NCBI GenBank assembly: GCA_964374105.1
Contig: CAYJXI010000002.1
Location: 57,730-121,729, forward strand
Reading direction: 5' to 3'
Origin: an uncultured Planctomycetales bacterium
GTDB lineage: Bacteria; Omnitrophota; Gorgyraeia; Zapsychrales; JANLHA01
DNA length: 64,000 nucleotides
The translations under genes and the position numbers were made by a program. How positions within the stretch are numbered: position 1 is the stretch's first letter; every line of letters begins with the position of its first letter. This document shows positions 26,971-36,166 of this stretch, piece after piece. Under the pieces are notes generated by a model. It did no database searches, had not been told where the DNA came from, and worked only from the letters and a program-made list of their open reading frames with translations.

Positions 26971-27831
26971 ATGGCAAAGAAAGTTGTAGGCAAAGTTTTG
27001 ATTTTAATCTTGGCATCTGTTCTTTTTTGGCCTAGGCAGGCTTCAGCATACAATTATGGTGATTATCGTTCCGTCACCTTAGCGACTAAGGCATGGGAAG
27101 CATTAGCCAAGAAAGATCTAGAAGCGGTCTTAGCCTTTAGCAATAAATGCATTGAATTATATGCTGATCAGGCAAAGAAGATGCAAGAAAGCCTTAGCGA
27201 ATATCCTTCTGGTAGCAATGAAGAAATTTTTGCTTATTGGGCTTTGAATGATGTAGCTACCAGCTTGTTTATTCAAGGGGAGGCCTACCGTAATGCTAAT
27301 ATGCAGGAAGAGGCTAAAACAGTCTATCAAAGGATTATTGAGGAATTCAGTTTTGGCCAGTGTTGGGATAATGGGGGTTGGTTCTGGAAACCCGCTGAGG
27401 CGGCTAAGGAAAAAGTCGCCATGATTGAATCTGGCTCCAATTTGGATTTCGGTGATTATAAATCTACTACCCTTACCGTCAAGGCTTGGGAGGCCCTCGC
27501 TAGCGAAGACCTAGATGCGGTCTTGGCTTATGCGAATAAATGCTTGGAATTGTATGAAAATAAAGCTAAAGAAATGCAGAATTCTTTGACAGAATATCCT
27601 TGGGAGTCTAAAGAAAAAATCTTTAGCTATTGGGCTCTCAATGATGTTGGGACATCTCTATTTATTAAAGGCGAGGCCTTAAAACACGCTGGAAAAGTCG
27701 AAGAAGCTAAAAAAGCCTATCAGAGATTGATTGGTGAATACTATTATGCCCAGTGCTGGGATCCGCAAGGCTGGTTTTGGAAACCTTCTGAAGCTGCACA
27801 GCAAAAATTGGATGAATTATCAGAGACTTAA
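26971..27831 (+). CDS. Secreted protein made of two tandem copies of the novel ~110-aa YWALNDV...QCWD..GWFWKP domain
   Basis: A signal peptide is present. The two internal repeats are about 55% identical to each other and clearly related to the N-terminal domain of the upstream hydrolase. Confidence 0.5.
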   Translation: MAKKVVGKVLILILASVLFWPRQASAYNYGDYRSVTLATKAWEALAKKDLEAVLAFSNKCIELYADQAKKMQESLSEYPSGSNEEIFAYWALNDVATSLFIQGEAYRNANMQEEAKTVYQRIIEEFSFGQCWDNGGWFWKPAEAAKEKVAMIESGSNLDFGDYKSTTLTVKAWEALASEDLDAVLAYANKCLELYENKAKEMQNSLTEYPWESKEKIFSYWALNDVGTSLFIKGEALKHAGKVEEAKKAYQRLIGEYYYAQCWDPQGWFWKPSEAAQQKLDELSET

Positions 27832-27964
27832 TTCCTAATCAATTGATTAAAGGTAGAGGATAGAGGGAGAAATTGGTCATTTGAGTTGTATATGAAATTT
27901 TCGGATGACACCAATCATCCTCTATCCTATACCGACAACCTTGTTTAGAAAGTGAGTTTTAAAA

Positions 27965-28606
27965 ATGAGATTCATTATCTATTTTTTATTCCTTACTGTT
28001 GTAATGGGCTGTCAGAAAACAATTGCCGATAACCCTTCACCATCCGATCCCAATCAAAAGATTCAAGGGGTGGCTGAGGATCCTGCTTTTAAATCTTTTA
28101 TGCTTTATAAAGATAAAGGTTCACGTGATAATCATTTTATTCCTTCGGGATTTATGCCAAACGGAAAGTGTCTTACCCTTGAGGATGCCTGGAAGGAAGG
28201 GTGTTTTGATGGCAGTACTTGTATCGAGATTATTTATGATAGAGAGTGTTCACTCAAGGATCAAAAGTGGGCAGGAATCTATTGGTTAAATCCAGCAAAT
28301 AATTGGGGTAACCAAAAAGGAGGTTTTAATCTTTCGGGTGCCAAGAAATTGACATTCTGGGCCAAAGGGAAAAAAGGGGGGGAAAGAATCGAAGAATTTA
28401 AGATCGGAGGAATCACGGGTGATTATCCTGATACCGATATGGCCATGATTGGTCCTGTTGTCTTAACCAATGAATGGCAGCAATATACCATTGACTTACG
28501 GGGTAAAGATTTATCTTATATTAGTGGAGGGTTTTCCTGGGCTACCAATGTGGATGTCAATTCGGAAAGCTGTACTTTTTATTTGGATAATATTCAATAC
28601 GAATAA
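27965..28606 (+). CDS. Lipoprotein, possibly carbohydrate-binding (beta-sandwich)
   Basis: It has a lipobox (VVMGC). The mature part is rich in aromatic residues and Gly, and it sits in a glycan-utilisation context. Confidence 0.35.
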   Translation: MRFIIYFLFLTVVMGCQKTIADNPSPSDPNQKIQGVAEDPAFKSFMLYKDKGSRDNHFIPSGFMPNGKCLTLEDAWKEGCFDGSTCIEIIYDRECSLKDQKWAGIYWLNPANNWGNQKGGFNLSGAKKLTFWAKGKKGGERIEEFKIGGITGDYPDTDMAMIGPVVLTNEWQQYTIDLRGKDLSYISGGFSWATNVDVNSESCTFYLDNIQYE

Positions 28607-28711
28607 TAGTTTTCAAAAAAGTAATTCATTATAAATACTCTTCTGTAACTCTCCTGTAAATCTCGGGACACGCGTTCACTTAAGAACGGTGTCCTTTTTT
28701 ATTTTACCCCG

Positions 28712-28830
28712 ATGCCAGAAAGCCATTCATCCATACCCGTAACGGACATGGCTTTCTGGGTCGGGGTTCCGACCCCCGAAGGGGCGTCGGAACCCCGAAA
28801 GAAGAGATGTCACCCCGCCATGGCGGGGTG
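28712..28830. repeat. REP/MITE-like GC-rich palindromic element
   Basis: The flanking inverted repeat is ccagaaagccat / atggctttctgg. Inner palindromes ggggttccgacccc, gtcggaaccccg and accccgccatggcggggt are shared with the folC insert. Confidence 0.5.
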
Positions 28831-29038
28831 GAGCTTCACAAGTTGCATGGGGGGGATTGATGCATAAAATCAAAATTCTTCAAATCATATTTTTCATCGG
28901 TGGCTTAAGATTGATAAAGAGAACGCCTGAAACACGAGAATATATATGAATTTATTTACTTTTTTCTTGTATTGCCTTTGATACTTTGTTATATTCATTA
29001 CGTTATATTTTATTTTTAAAATAAATAAAAGGGGGGAT

Positions 29039-30340
29039 ATGTCCAAAGTCGCAAGACAGATTGTTTTGATTTTAGCAATTCTTGTCGTAGGTGTTTTTCT
29101 TTTTGCGGGTTATACATTAATAGAAAAACAAAGGTTAATCAAAGAGAAGGATTCATTAGAAAAACAAATTGAAGAATTCCAAAATCGAGAGAAAAAATAC
29201 GTTGTTGATAATAAAGCCTTGCAAGACAAACTGAACGATGTGGAAAAGGCCAAGGCCAAGATGGAGGAGCGCTTGAAGACAGTGGATGCCGATATGGAGG
29301 CCTTAAATACGAAAATCAAACAGTTAACCCAAGAGCGTGATGAATGGCAAAAACGAGTTGATGAAATTAAAAAAGAAAGAGACGATCTGTTAGTCAAAGT
29401 TCAAGAGAAACCCGAACCACAGATCGTTTACAAATATATCGAGAAAGAGGCCACTGAGGAAGAAAAAGAAGGGCAAGTTCAACCCCCGGAGGGTCAAGGA
29501 AAGGAAGACGGCGTTTATAAAATCGAATCTGTTACTGAGGAAGATGAATCCTATTGGGCAGATGTCCTTAAGGGAAAGGCCGCTTTAGCATTGGAAGTCG
29601 AAAAGTTGACAGAAGAATTATCCAAGAGTTCGGTTGAGGTCGTTGAATTAAAGAAACAGAACTCTGATTTACAATTAGAATTGAGCAGTGTTAAGAATCA
29701 GAAAGAGGGTATTGAAAGAGATATCAAATATGGAAAGGATTTATCGGATACTCTCTCTTTAGAGTTGGCCCGTTCCAAGAATGACAACAAGTTTTTAAAT
29801 AATCGAATTGGCAAATTGAATGAAGAGAATAATTACCTTAGAGAGCAAATGAAACAATTGACTTCTACCAAGATCGCCTTGGAAAAAAGCATTGTGCGTT
29901 TACAAGATGAGAAAAAGGAAGTTGAGAAGAAACTCCTAGAAACAGAAAATGTGATCCAAAGTCGGATTGATGAGATTTGGCAGATCAAAGAGAGTTTAGA
30001 TAAAAGCTTTCAAACGACAAAACCGGGGATGACAAATGAAATTGAACTCCCACCCATTATTGTGAGTGCGCAAGAATCGGGAGGGGAATCAACTGATGAA
30101 TCAAGGAAAGAGACAGGTCCGGGTTTTCAGGGTAATGTTGTTAGCGTTAATGAAGAGAACAATTTTGTCATTCTCGATCTGGGAGAGGCAGAGGGCATAA
30201 AAATCGGGGATGCGTTAAGTGTCTATCGTGGTACGGAATTCGTGGCGGCCTTAGAAGTCATTCAAGTCCGCAAGGACATTGCCGCAGCGGATATTAAAAA
30301 TAAAGTTGCCAAAATTTTGATTGGAGATGAAGTTCGATAA
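29039..30340 (+). CDS. Membrane-anchored long coiled-coil protein with a small C-terminal beta domain
   Basis: It has an N-terminal TM helix and about 300 aa of heptad-rich sequence rich in E, K, L and Q. An acidic linker is followed by a C-terminal ~70-aa G.VV...ILDLG...G.KIGD domain, which may be SAF/FlgA-like. Confidence 0.45.
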   Translation: MSKVARQIVLILAILVVGVFLFAGYTLIEKQRLIKEKDSLEKQIEEFQNREKKYVVDNKALQDKLNDVEKAKAKMEERLKTVDADMEALNTKIKQLTQERDEWQKRVDEIKKERDDLLVKVQEKPEPQIVYKYIEKEATEEEKEGQVQPPEGQGKEDGVYKIESVTEEDESYWADVLKGKAALALEVEKLTEELSKSSVEVVELKKQNSDLQLELSSVKNQKEGIERDIKYGKDLSDTLSLELARSKNDNKFLNNRIGKLNEENNYLREQMKQLTSTKIALEKSIVRLQDEKKEVEKKLLETENVIQSRIDEIWQIKESLDKSFQTTKPGMTNEIELPPIIVSAQESGGESTDESRKETGPGFQGNVVSVNEENNFVILDLGEAEGIKIGDALSVYRGTEFVAALEVIQVRKDIAAADIKNKVAKILIGDEVR

Positions 30341-30379
30341 GTTCTTTCTCTCTCAAAGGTAGAGTTCTTAAATTTTATC

Positions 30380-31417
30380 TTGCCCATTTCCTATCGAGGT
30401 GAATTCACATTGATCAAAAATAAGAAAGTCAGAATTGAAGATGTTGCCCAGAGGGCTAAAGTCTCTATTACCACTGTCTCGCGTGTGATCAATAATATCC
30501 CGACAGTCAGTAAAAAAAATCAGGCCCGCGTGGAGGAGGCTATTGCTTTTTTTAAATATAAGCCCAATGTCAGTGCTCAGCGGTTGGCACGCGGGCTTAA
30601 TAATGCGGTGGGGCTTGTCATGCCAGGATATCCGGGGATTTTTCACTCCTTTTATGCCATCGAGTTGATTCGCGGGGTAGGACATGCTTGTGAAACTTTG
30701 AAGTTAGACCTTGTTTTTCATATCACCAATGGGGCCAATCCTATCAATTCCAACAGCGTGGGAGGTGTCATCTTTGCAGATATCATCGATAATAGGCAAC
30801 AAGTCATTTCTGCCATAGAACATGGGGTTCCCTGCATGGTCATTAACAATATCGTTGATGATTTAGAGGTGAATTATATCGGAATTGATAATTTTACTGG
30901 TGGTAATATGGCGACGGATTATCTGGTCAGCCTGGGTCACCACCGGATTGCTACGGTCACCGGGAATTTGCAAACTCAGGCTGGGAAACACCGATTTGAA
31001 GGTTATAAGCAGGCTTTCAATAAGTATAAAATTGATATCAACAATGATTATATCATTGAAGGCGATTATTCCCGTCGAACTGCCCGACTGGGGGCAGAAA
31101 AATTATTATCCCTCCCGAAACCTCCTACCGCAATTTTTGCCGCTAGCGACGATATGGCTTTGGAAATCATCACGGTGATTATGGAAAAAGGGTTCAAAGT
31201 CCCTGAAGATATCTCGGTGATTGGTTTTGATGATAATCCCTCCGCCATTTATGGCCCCATTGCCTTAACGACCGTCAGACAACCCTTGTTTAAAATGGGT
31301 GAGGATGCCGTTAAGTATTTAAACGCTATTGTGACCGAAAAAAAGAGATCACCAGTTCAGATGGTCTTAACGCCTCAACTCGTGGTCAGAGATTCGTGTA
31401 CGACTCCTAAGAAATAA
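30380..31417 (+). CDS. LacI family transcriptional regulator
   Basis: The HTH reads VRIEDVAQRAKVSITTVSRVINN, followed by a periplasmic-binding-protein-like domain. The true start is probably the TTG near 30410. Confidence 0.85.
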   Translation: MPISYRGEFTLIKNKKVRIEDVAQRAKVSITTVSRVINNIPTVSKKNQARVEEAIAFFKYKPNVSAQRLARGLNNAVGLVMPGYPGIFHSFYAIELIRGVGHACETLKLDLVFHITNGANPINSNSVGGVIFADIIDNRQQVISAIEHGVPCMVINNIVDDLEVNYIGIDNFTGGNMATDYLVSLGHHRIATVTGNLQTQAGKHRFEGYKQAFNKYKIDINNDYIIEGDYSRRTARLGAEKLLSLPKPPTAIFAASDDMALEIITVIMEKGFKVPEDISVIGFDDNPSAIYGPIALTTVRQPLFKMGEDAVKYLNAIVTEKKRSPVQMVLTPQLVVRDSCTTPKK

Positions 31418-31510
31418 AATCATTCCCTTAAGATGAATGGATTGACAAAACTCCAATCTCGCTGTAATTTATAGCGAAATCCATCCTGCAGGAAAGAGGA
31501 GTTTTTTTTA

Positions 31511-31681
31511 ATGAATAAAATTATTACAATCATCATGTACGTGTTATGGATCGGTACGGTCATTGCCATCTTGGCGACGACCTTCACAAATTTCCAATAT
31601 GAGGATTTAAATCTCTTTGCTCTCGTTCTTTTTGCTCTTGCATTATTGAATTCTTTTTTTGTTGTCACAAGAAGAAGATAA
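31511..31681 (+). CDS. Small hydrophobic protein (56 aa), hypothetical
   Basis: MNKIITIIMYVLWIGTVIAILATTF...LFALVLFALALL encodes two TM segments. It lies upstream of mnmG and is under 60 aa, so it is not in the ORF track. Confidence 0.25.
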   Translation: MNKIITIIMYVLWIGTVIAILATTFTNFQYEDLNLFALVLFALALLNSFFVVTRRR

Positions 31682-33596
31682 GGTATTGAAAGTGAATCGA
31701 AATGAATTTGATTGTATCGTGATTGGAGCTGGTCATGCCGGAATTGAGGCGGCCTTGGCCACCTCCCGCATGGGGCTTAAAACCGCTATGGTGACGTTGT
31801 CTATTGAGACGATTGGCCAGATGAGCTGTAACCCAGCCATCGGTGGTGTGGGTAAGGGGCAACTGGTTAAGGAGATCGATGCCTTAGGTGGGGAAATGGG
31901 GCTGGCGGCTGATCGGACAGCAATCCAGTTTCGTCAATTGAATGCCTCTAAGGGAGGTGCCGTGCGTTCTTCCCGTTGCCAGTCGGATCGAAAGCTTTAT
32001 CGACTTTATATGCAAAATGTTATTCTCAAGCAAGATCATCTTAAGGTTATCGCGGATAAGGTGGGAGAGATTTTGGTCCAGAATGGGAAAGTCATTGGCA
32101 TTAAAACAGAATCTGGGGAAGAATTTCGCACCCCAACTGTTGTTGTGACAACCGGTACTTTCTTAAAAGGACGCATTCATGTGGGGACAATAATCACTCC
32201 CGGAGGAAGAATCGGAGAGCAAAATTCCACCTGCTTAGCTGACAATCTTAAGGGTCTTGGTTTTGAGATCTTGGCTTTTAAGACAGGAACGCCTCCTCGG
32301 CTGGATGGCCGAACCATCGATTTTTCCAAAATGGAAATCCAATATTCCGATGATCCGCCTATTCCTTTTTCTTTCCGAACATCCGGTATTCCCAAAGATC
32401 AAAAATTATTGCCCTGTTATATTACCCATACGAGCTTAAAAACCCATGATATCATTCGGGCTAATCTTCACTTATCTCCCATGTATTCCGGCCAGATCAA
32501 GGCAACGGGGGTAAGGTACTGCCCCTCCATCGAGGATAAAATTAAGAAATTTGTTGACAAACCTACGCACCATGTGTTCCTTGAACCAGAAGGTTTGGAT
32601 ACTTGTGAATATTATCCCAATGGAATTTCTACCGGTCTTCCCGCGGATGTCCAAGAGGAAATGGTTCATTCCATTCCGGGCTTAGAAAAGGCGGTGATGA
32701 CCCGTGCGGGATATTCTATTGAACACGGAGTAGTCCCTCCCACAGAATTGACTCCCTTTCTTGAAACAAAAAAGATCCAAGGGCTTTTCTTAGCTGGCCA
32801 GATTAACGGGACAACAGGATATGAAGAGGCGGCTTCCCAGGGGATTGCGGCGGGGATCAATGCGGCGTTGAAGGTTAAAAATCAAGAACCCTTTATCTTA
32901 GGCCGGCATGAATCCTATATTGGGGTCTTGATAGATGATTTGACTACCAAAGGAACGGATGAGCCTTATCGTATGTTTACCTCGCGGGTGGAGTATCGCC
33001 TTATTATTAGAGAAGATAATGCCGACAGACGCTTGTCGCACTATGGGTATCGATTCGGACTCTTGTCGCATGAGGACTATCGAAAGATTGAAAAGAAATA
33101 TGAGCTGATCGAGAAAGAGTTGGATCACCTGAAATCAACTCGTATTGATCCGGGTTCAGAAACAACTAAACACCTTAATCAGATTCTGGTTGCTAATAAC
33201 AGCAGTCCCTTAAGACAGCCTATGCTTTTAAGTGAAATTTTAAAAAGACCAGAGGTGAGTTATTGCATGATTGCCCCGTTTGATGGGCAGCTTAAAGATT
33301 TCCCCAAAGCACTGATTGATCAGGTGGAATATGAAATTAAATATGAAGGTTTTATTCAAAGACAGTTAAAAAGTGTAGAGAGATTTAAGCATATCGAAAA
33401 CATTAAAATTCCTGCTGATATCGACTATGGAATGATCCCTGGTCTTTCCAACGAAATTAAGCAGAAATTAAAGCGGTTCTTGCCCCTAACGTTAGGCCAG
33501 GCTAATCGGATTTCGGGGGTCACTCCAGCGGCTATCACGATCTTGATGATTTATTTAAGAAAATTAAGCCTTCAGCGGAAAGGACAAACTCTTTAG
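31659..33596 (+). CDS. mnmG: tRNA uridine-5-carboxymethylaminomethyl modification enzyme MnmG (GidA)
   Basis: The FAD-binding N-terminus reads FDCIVIGAGHAGIEAALATSRMG...CNPAIGG. The true start is probably the GTG at 31692 (VNRNEFDCIV). Confidence 0.9.
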   Translation: MLSQEEDKVLKVNRNEFDCIVIGAGHAGIEAALATSRMGLKTAMVTLSIETIGQMSCNPAIGGVGKGQLVKEIDALGGEMGLAADRTAIQFRQLNASKGGAVRSSRCQSDRKLYRLYMQNVILKQDHLKVIADKVGEILVQNGKVIGIKTESGEEFRTPTVVVTTGTFLKGRIHVGTIITPGGRIGEQNSTCLADNLKGLGFEILAFKTGTPPRLDGRTIDFSKMEIQYSDDPPIPFSFRTSGIPKDQKLLPCYITHTSLKTHDIIRANLHLSPMYSGQIKATGVRYCPSIEDKIKKFVDKPTHHVFLEPEGLDTCEYYPNGISTGLPADVQEEMVHSIPGLEKAVMTRAGYSIEHGVVPPTELTPFLETKKIQGLFLAGQINGTTGYEEAASQGIAAGINAALKVKNQEPFILGRHESYIGVLIDDLTTKGTDEPYRMFTSRVEYRLIIREDNADRRLSHYGYRFGLLSHEDYRKIEKKYELIEKELDHLKSTRIDPGSETTKHLNQILVANNSSPLRQPMLLSEILKRPEVSYCMIAPFDGQLKDFPKALIDQVEYEIKYEGFIQRQLKSVERFKHIENIKIPADIDYGMIPGLSNEIKQKLKRFLPLTLGQANRISGVTPAAITILMIYLRKLSLQRKGQTL

Positions 33597-33636
33597 AAAG
33601 AAGTTAATTGGACTTTAATAAACAGGGGGAAGGGAA

Positions 33637-34599
33637 ATGGCACAAGTGAATACGGAAAGTAAAATGAGGATTGCTAGTGACGTCACCGAATTGATCGGGA
33701 ACACACCACTAGTGAGAGTCAATAAAGTGAACAAGGGCTGTTTTGCGGATGTTGTCTTGAAGCTCGAGTTTTGTAACCCTTTAGGTTCAGTGAAAGACCG
33801 CATTGGGTTTAGTATGATTGAGGCCGCAGAAAAGGCCGGCAAGATCAAAAAAGAAGAAACGATTATTTTAGAACCAACTTCCGGCAACACGGGCATTGCC
33901 TTGGCCTTTGTCTGCGCGGTCAAAGGATACAAATTAACCTTGACCATGCCGGAAACGATGAGTTTGGAAAGACGAGCCCTGCTGAGGGCCTTTGGCGCTA
34001 ATTTGATTTTAACTCCTGGACCTGAAGGGATGCGAGGGGCGGTTAAGAAAGCCCAGGAATTGGCGGCTTCGGACAAACGGTATTTTATTCCGCAACAATT
34101 TGAAAACCCGGCCAATCCCGAGATCCACCGAAAAACGACTGCCGAGGAAATTTGGAATGATACCTGTGGTCAGGTTGATATCTTAATTTCTGGGATCGGG
34201 ACAGGAGGGACGATCACCGGTGTGGCGGAGGTCATCAAGAAACGAAAACCATCGTTTAAGGCTATCGCGGTTGAACCCAAAGGATCCCCAGTTCTCTCAG
34301 GAGGGAAACCAGGTCCGCATAAAATTCAGGGGATTGGGGCGGGATTTGTTCCCGCCATTCTTAATACCAAGATCATTGATGAAATCATTCAGGTGGATAA
34401 TGATGAGTCCTTTGCCCATGCCAAGATGTTAATCCGGGAGGAAGGAATTTTAGGTGGAATCTCATCGGGGGCAGCTCTTTGTGCGGCCTTGCAGGTGGCG
34501 CGCAGACCAGAGAATAAAGGAAAACTGATCGTTGTGATTATCCCCAGCACCGCAGAGCGATATTTAAGTACCGATCTCTTTGCGGAATTTCGGGGATAA
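33637..34599 (+). CDS. cysK: Cysteine synthase A (O-acetylserine sulfhydrylase)
   Basis: LIGNTPLVR...[11 protein letters not shown] (the PLP lysine) and GTGGT are present. Confidence 0.9.
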   Translation: MAQVNTESKMRIASDVTELIGNTPLVRVNKVNKGCFADVVLKLEFCNPLGSVKDRIGFSMIEAAEKAGKIKKEETIILEPTSGNTGIALAFVCAVKGYKLTLTMPETMSLERRALLRAFGANLILTPGPEGMRGAVKKAQELAASDKRYFIPQQFENPANPEIHRKTTAEEIWNDTCGQVDILISGIGTGGTITGVAEVIKKRKPSFKAIAVEPKGSPVLSGGKPGPHKIQGIGAGFVPAILNTKIIDEIIQVDNDESFAHAKMLIREEGILGGISSGAALCAALQVARRPENKGKLIVVIIPSTAERYLSTDLFAEFRG

Positions 34600-34645
34600 A
34601 ATTTCGTGACCAGCGGCACCGCATTAAAAAATTTTTAGAGAGTGA

Positions 34646-34683
34646 CAAGTAGGGGCACGGCATGCCGTGCCCCTACTTGTTTT
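34646..34683 (+). terminator. Rho-independent terminator after cysK
   Basis: caagtaggggcacggcatgccgtgcccctacttg forms a perfect stem and is followed by tttt. Confidence 0.7.
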
Positions 34684-34694
34684 AAGGAGATCCG

Positions 34695-35384
34695 ATGCCT
34701 TACGAGGCTTCAAACAAAGTCTTAAAGTTTTTCTTATTAATTTTTTTAATAATATTTTTTTTGGCGATTGGGAGCTTTTTTCATTTTGATGTGGATTCTT
34801 TTAAGACGTTTTTGTCGCAATTCCCACCTTGGATCACTTGGATTATTTATATCGTTTTATATGTTGTCGTCACCTTTTTTATTTGGCTTGGGCCCAAGGA
34901 TGTTTTTCGAATTGCCGCGGCAGTCATTTATGGGGCGTTGATCAGCACTCTTTTAGTTTATACGGCCGAGATGTTCAATTGTCTTGTGCTGTTTACTTTG
35001 AGCCGGAAACTAGGACGCTCTTTTGTGGAAAGTAAACTTAAAGGGAAGATGCGGCGAGTGGATGAGGCGATTGCCGATACAAGTTTTTGGTCGATTTTCT
35101 TTTTAAGATTTTTCCCGATTATCCCGTTTCGATTTCTTGATCTCGGGTTTGGATTAACGAAGATTTCCTTGAGGAAGTATTTCGTGATTTCCCTGATTTC
35201 TTCGCCTTTACGGATTTTCTTCAATCTATTTTTTTTAAGCCTGGGGACAGAGTTTATTCTGAATCCCTTTAAGCTTCAAGAATATCTTTGGGAACATCCC
35301 TATATTATGTATTTGGGTTTTGGATATGTTGTCAGTTCGCTTTTTATAATTTTTATTTTAAAGAGAAAGTGGAAGAAAAATTGA
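34695..35384 (+). CDS. DedA / TVP38 (SNARE-associated) family membrane protein
   Basis: The topology is multi-TM and the conserved DedA glycine-rich reentrant region is present. Confidence 0.6.
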   Translation: MPYEASNKVLKFFLLIFLIIFFLAIGSFFHFDVDSFKTFLSQFPPWITWIIYIVLYVVVTFFIWLGPKDVFRIAAAVIYGALISTLLVYTAEMFNCLVLFTLSRKLGRSFVESKLKGKMRRVDEAIADTSFWSIFFLRFFPIIPFRFLDLGFGLTKISLRKYFVISLISSPLRIFFNLFFLSLGTEFILNPFKLQEYLWEHPYIMYLGFGYVVSSLFIIFILKRKWKKN

Positions 35385-35412
35385 TTTCAATTTTATCGGG
35401 ATCACCTTCGGT

Positions 35413-36069
35413 TTATAAATTCCTAGGACCTTCCTCCGTATTTTGATATCCCTCGGTAGCGGTTAATTCCCCTCCGGTTTTAATCGTGTAAGATTTAAAT
35501 CCACTGGATCCTGGATATTCCGGGGTGGCTTTGAAGGAATATCCATCAGAATGAAATTCGCACTGATAGGTATATCCTTTGATAGATTCATCACAATAGT
35601 TTGAGTTAAGGTAAGGAAGATTAGCAGAGGTGAGATCCAATAGGCTTGTGGGATAACTCCCATGGTTGTCGGTGGCATATTTCTCGCTGGCGGTGGATAA
35701 GGTTTGTAAGGTGCCCTTGGCAATGGCTTCATTGGCGCTGATCTTGGCCTTTAACAAGTTAGGGATCGCAATAGCGGCCAATAAAGCAAAGACAGGGAGA
35801 ATAGCAAAAATAATGATGAGAACTAAAACGGGGGTAGGGAGGGATGCTGGAGGTCTTTGGGCACCCGCCATTGAGGGATTCCTGTGGATTGGCCAATCAC
35901 TGAAGGCTAAGAAGATTGGCATAATGAGATTGGCAACGGGGATAAACATAAGAAGCCCGATGGCTCCGGGAAAACCCGCCTTGCTAAAAATTCGCCACCA
36001 GATCCAACCGTAGAGGACGATAAAACCTATAATGATTCCAAAAGTAAACAATGAGATAAGCATGAGCAT
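35413..36069 (-). CDS. Type IV pilin-like domain protein with an atypical multi-TM N-terminal extension
   Basis: A pilin-type hydrophobic helix (FALLAAIAIPNLLKAKISANEAIAKGTLQTL) is recognisable. There is no G/FTLIE prepilin cleavage motif. About 90 aa with 3-4 TM segments precede it. Confidence 0.45.
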   Translation of the reverse strand: MLMLISLFTFGIIIGFIVLYGWIWWRIFSKAGFPGAIGLLMFIPVANLIMPIFLAFSDWPIHRNPSMAGAQRPPASLPTPVLVLIIIFAILPVFALLAAIAIPNLLKAKISANEAIAKGTLQTLSTASEKYATDNHGSYPTSLLDLTSANLPYLNSNYCDESIKGYTYQCEFHSDGYSFKATPEYPGSSGFKSYTIKTGGELTATEGYQNTEEGPRNL

Positions 36070-36166
36070 GTATTCCTCCTAGATTTTTAAAGCATTATGG
36101 CAGATAGAAATCTTTTTTAACGAAAATAAGAATGGTTATTTTTATGAATTTTAATTTTAGTATTAT

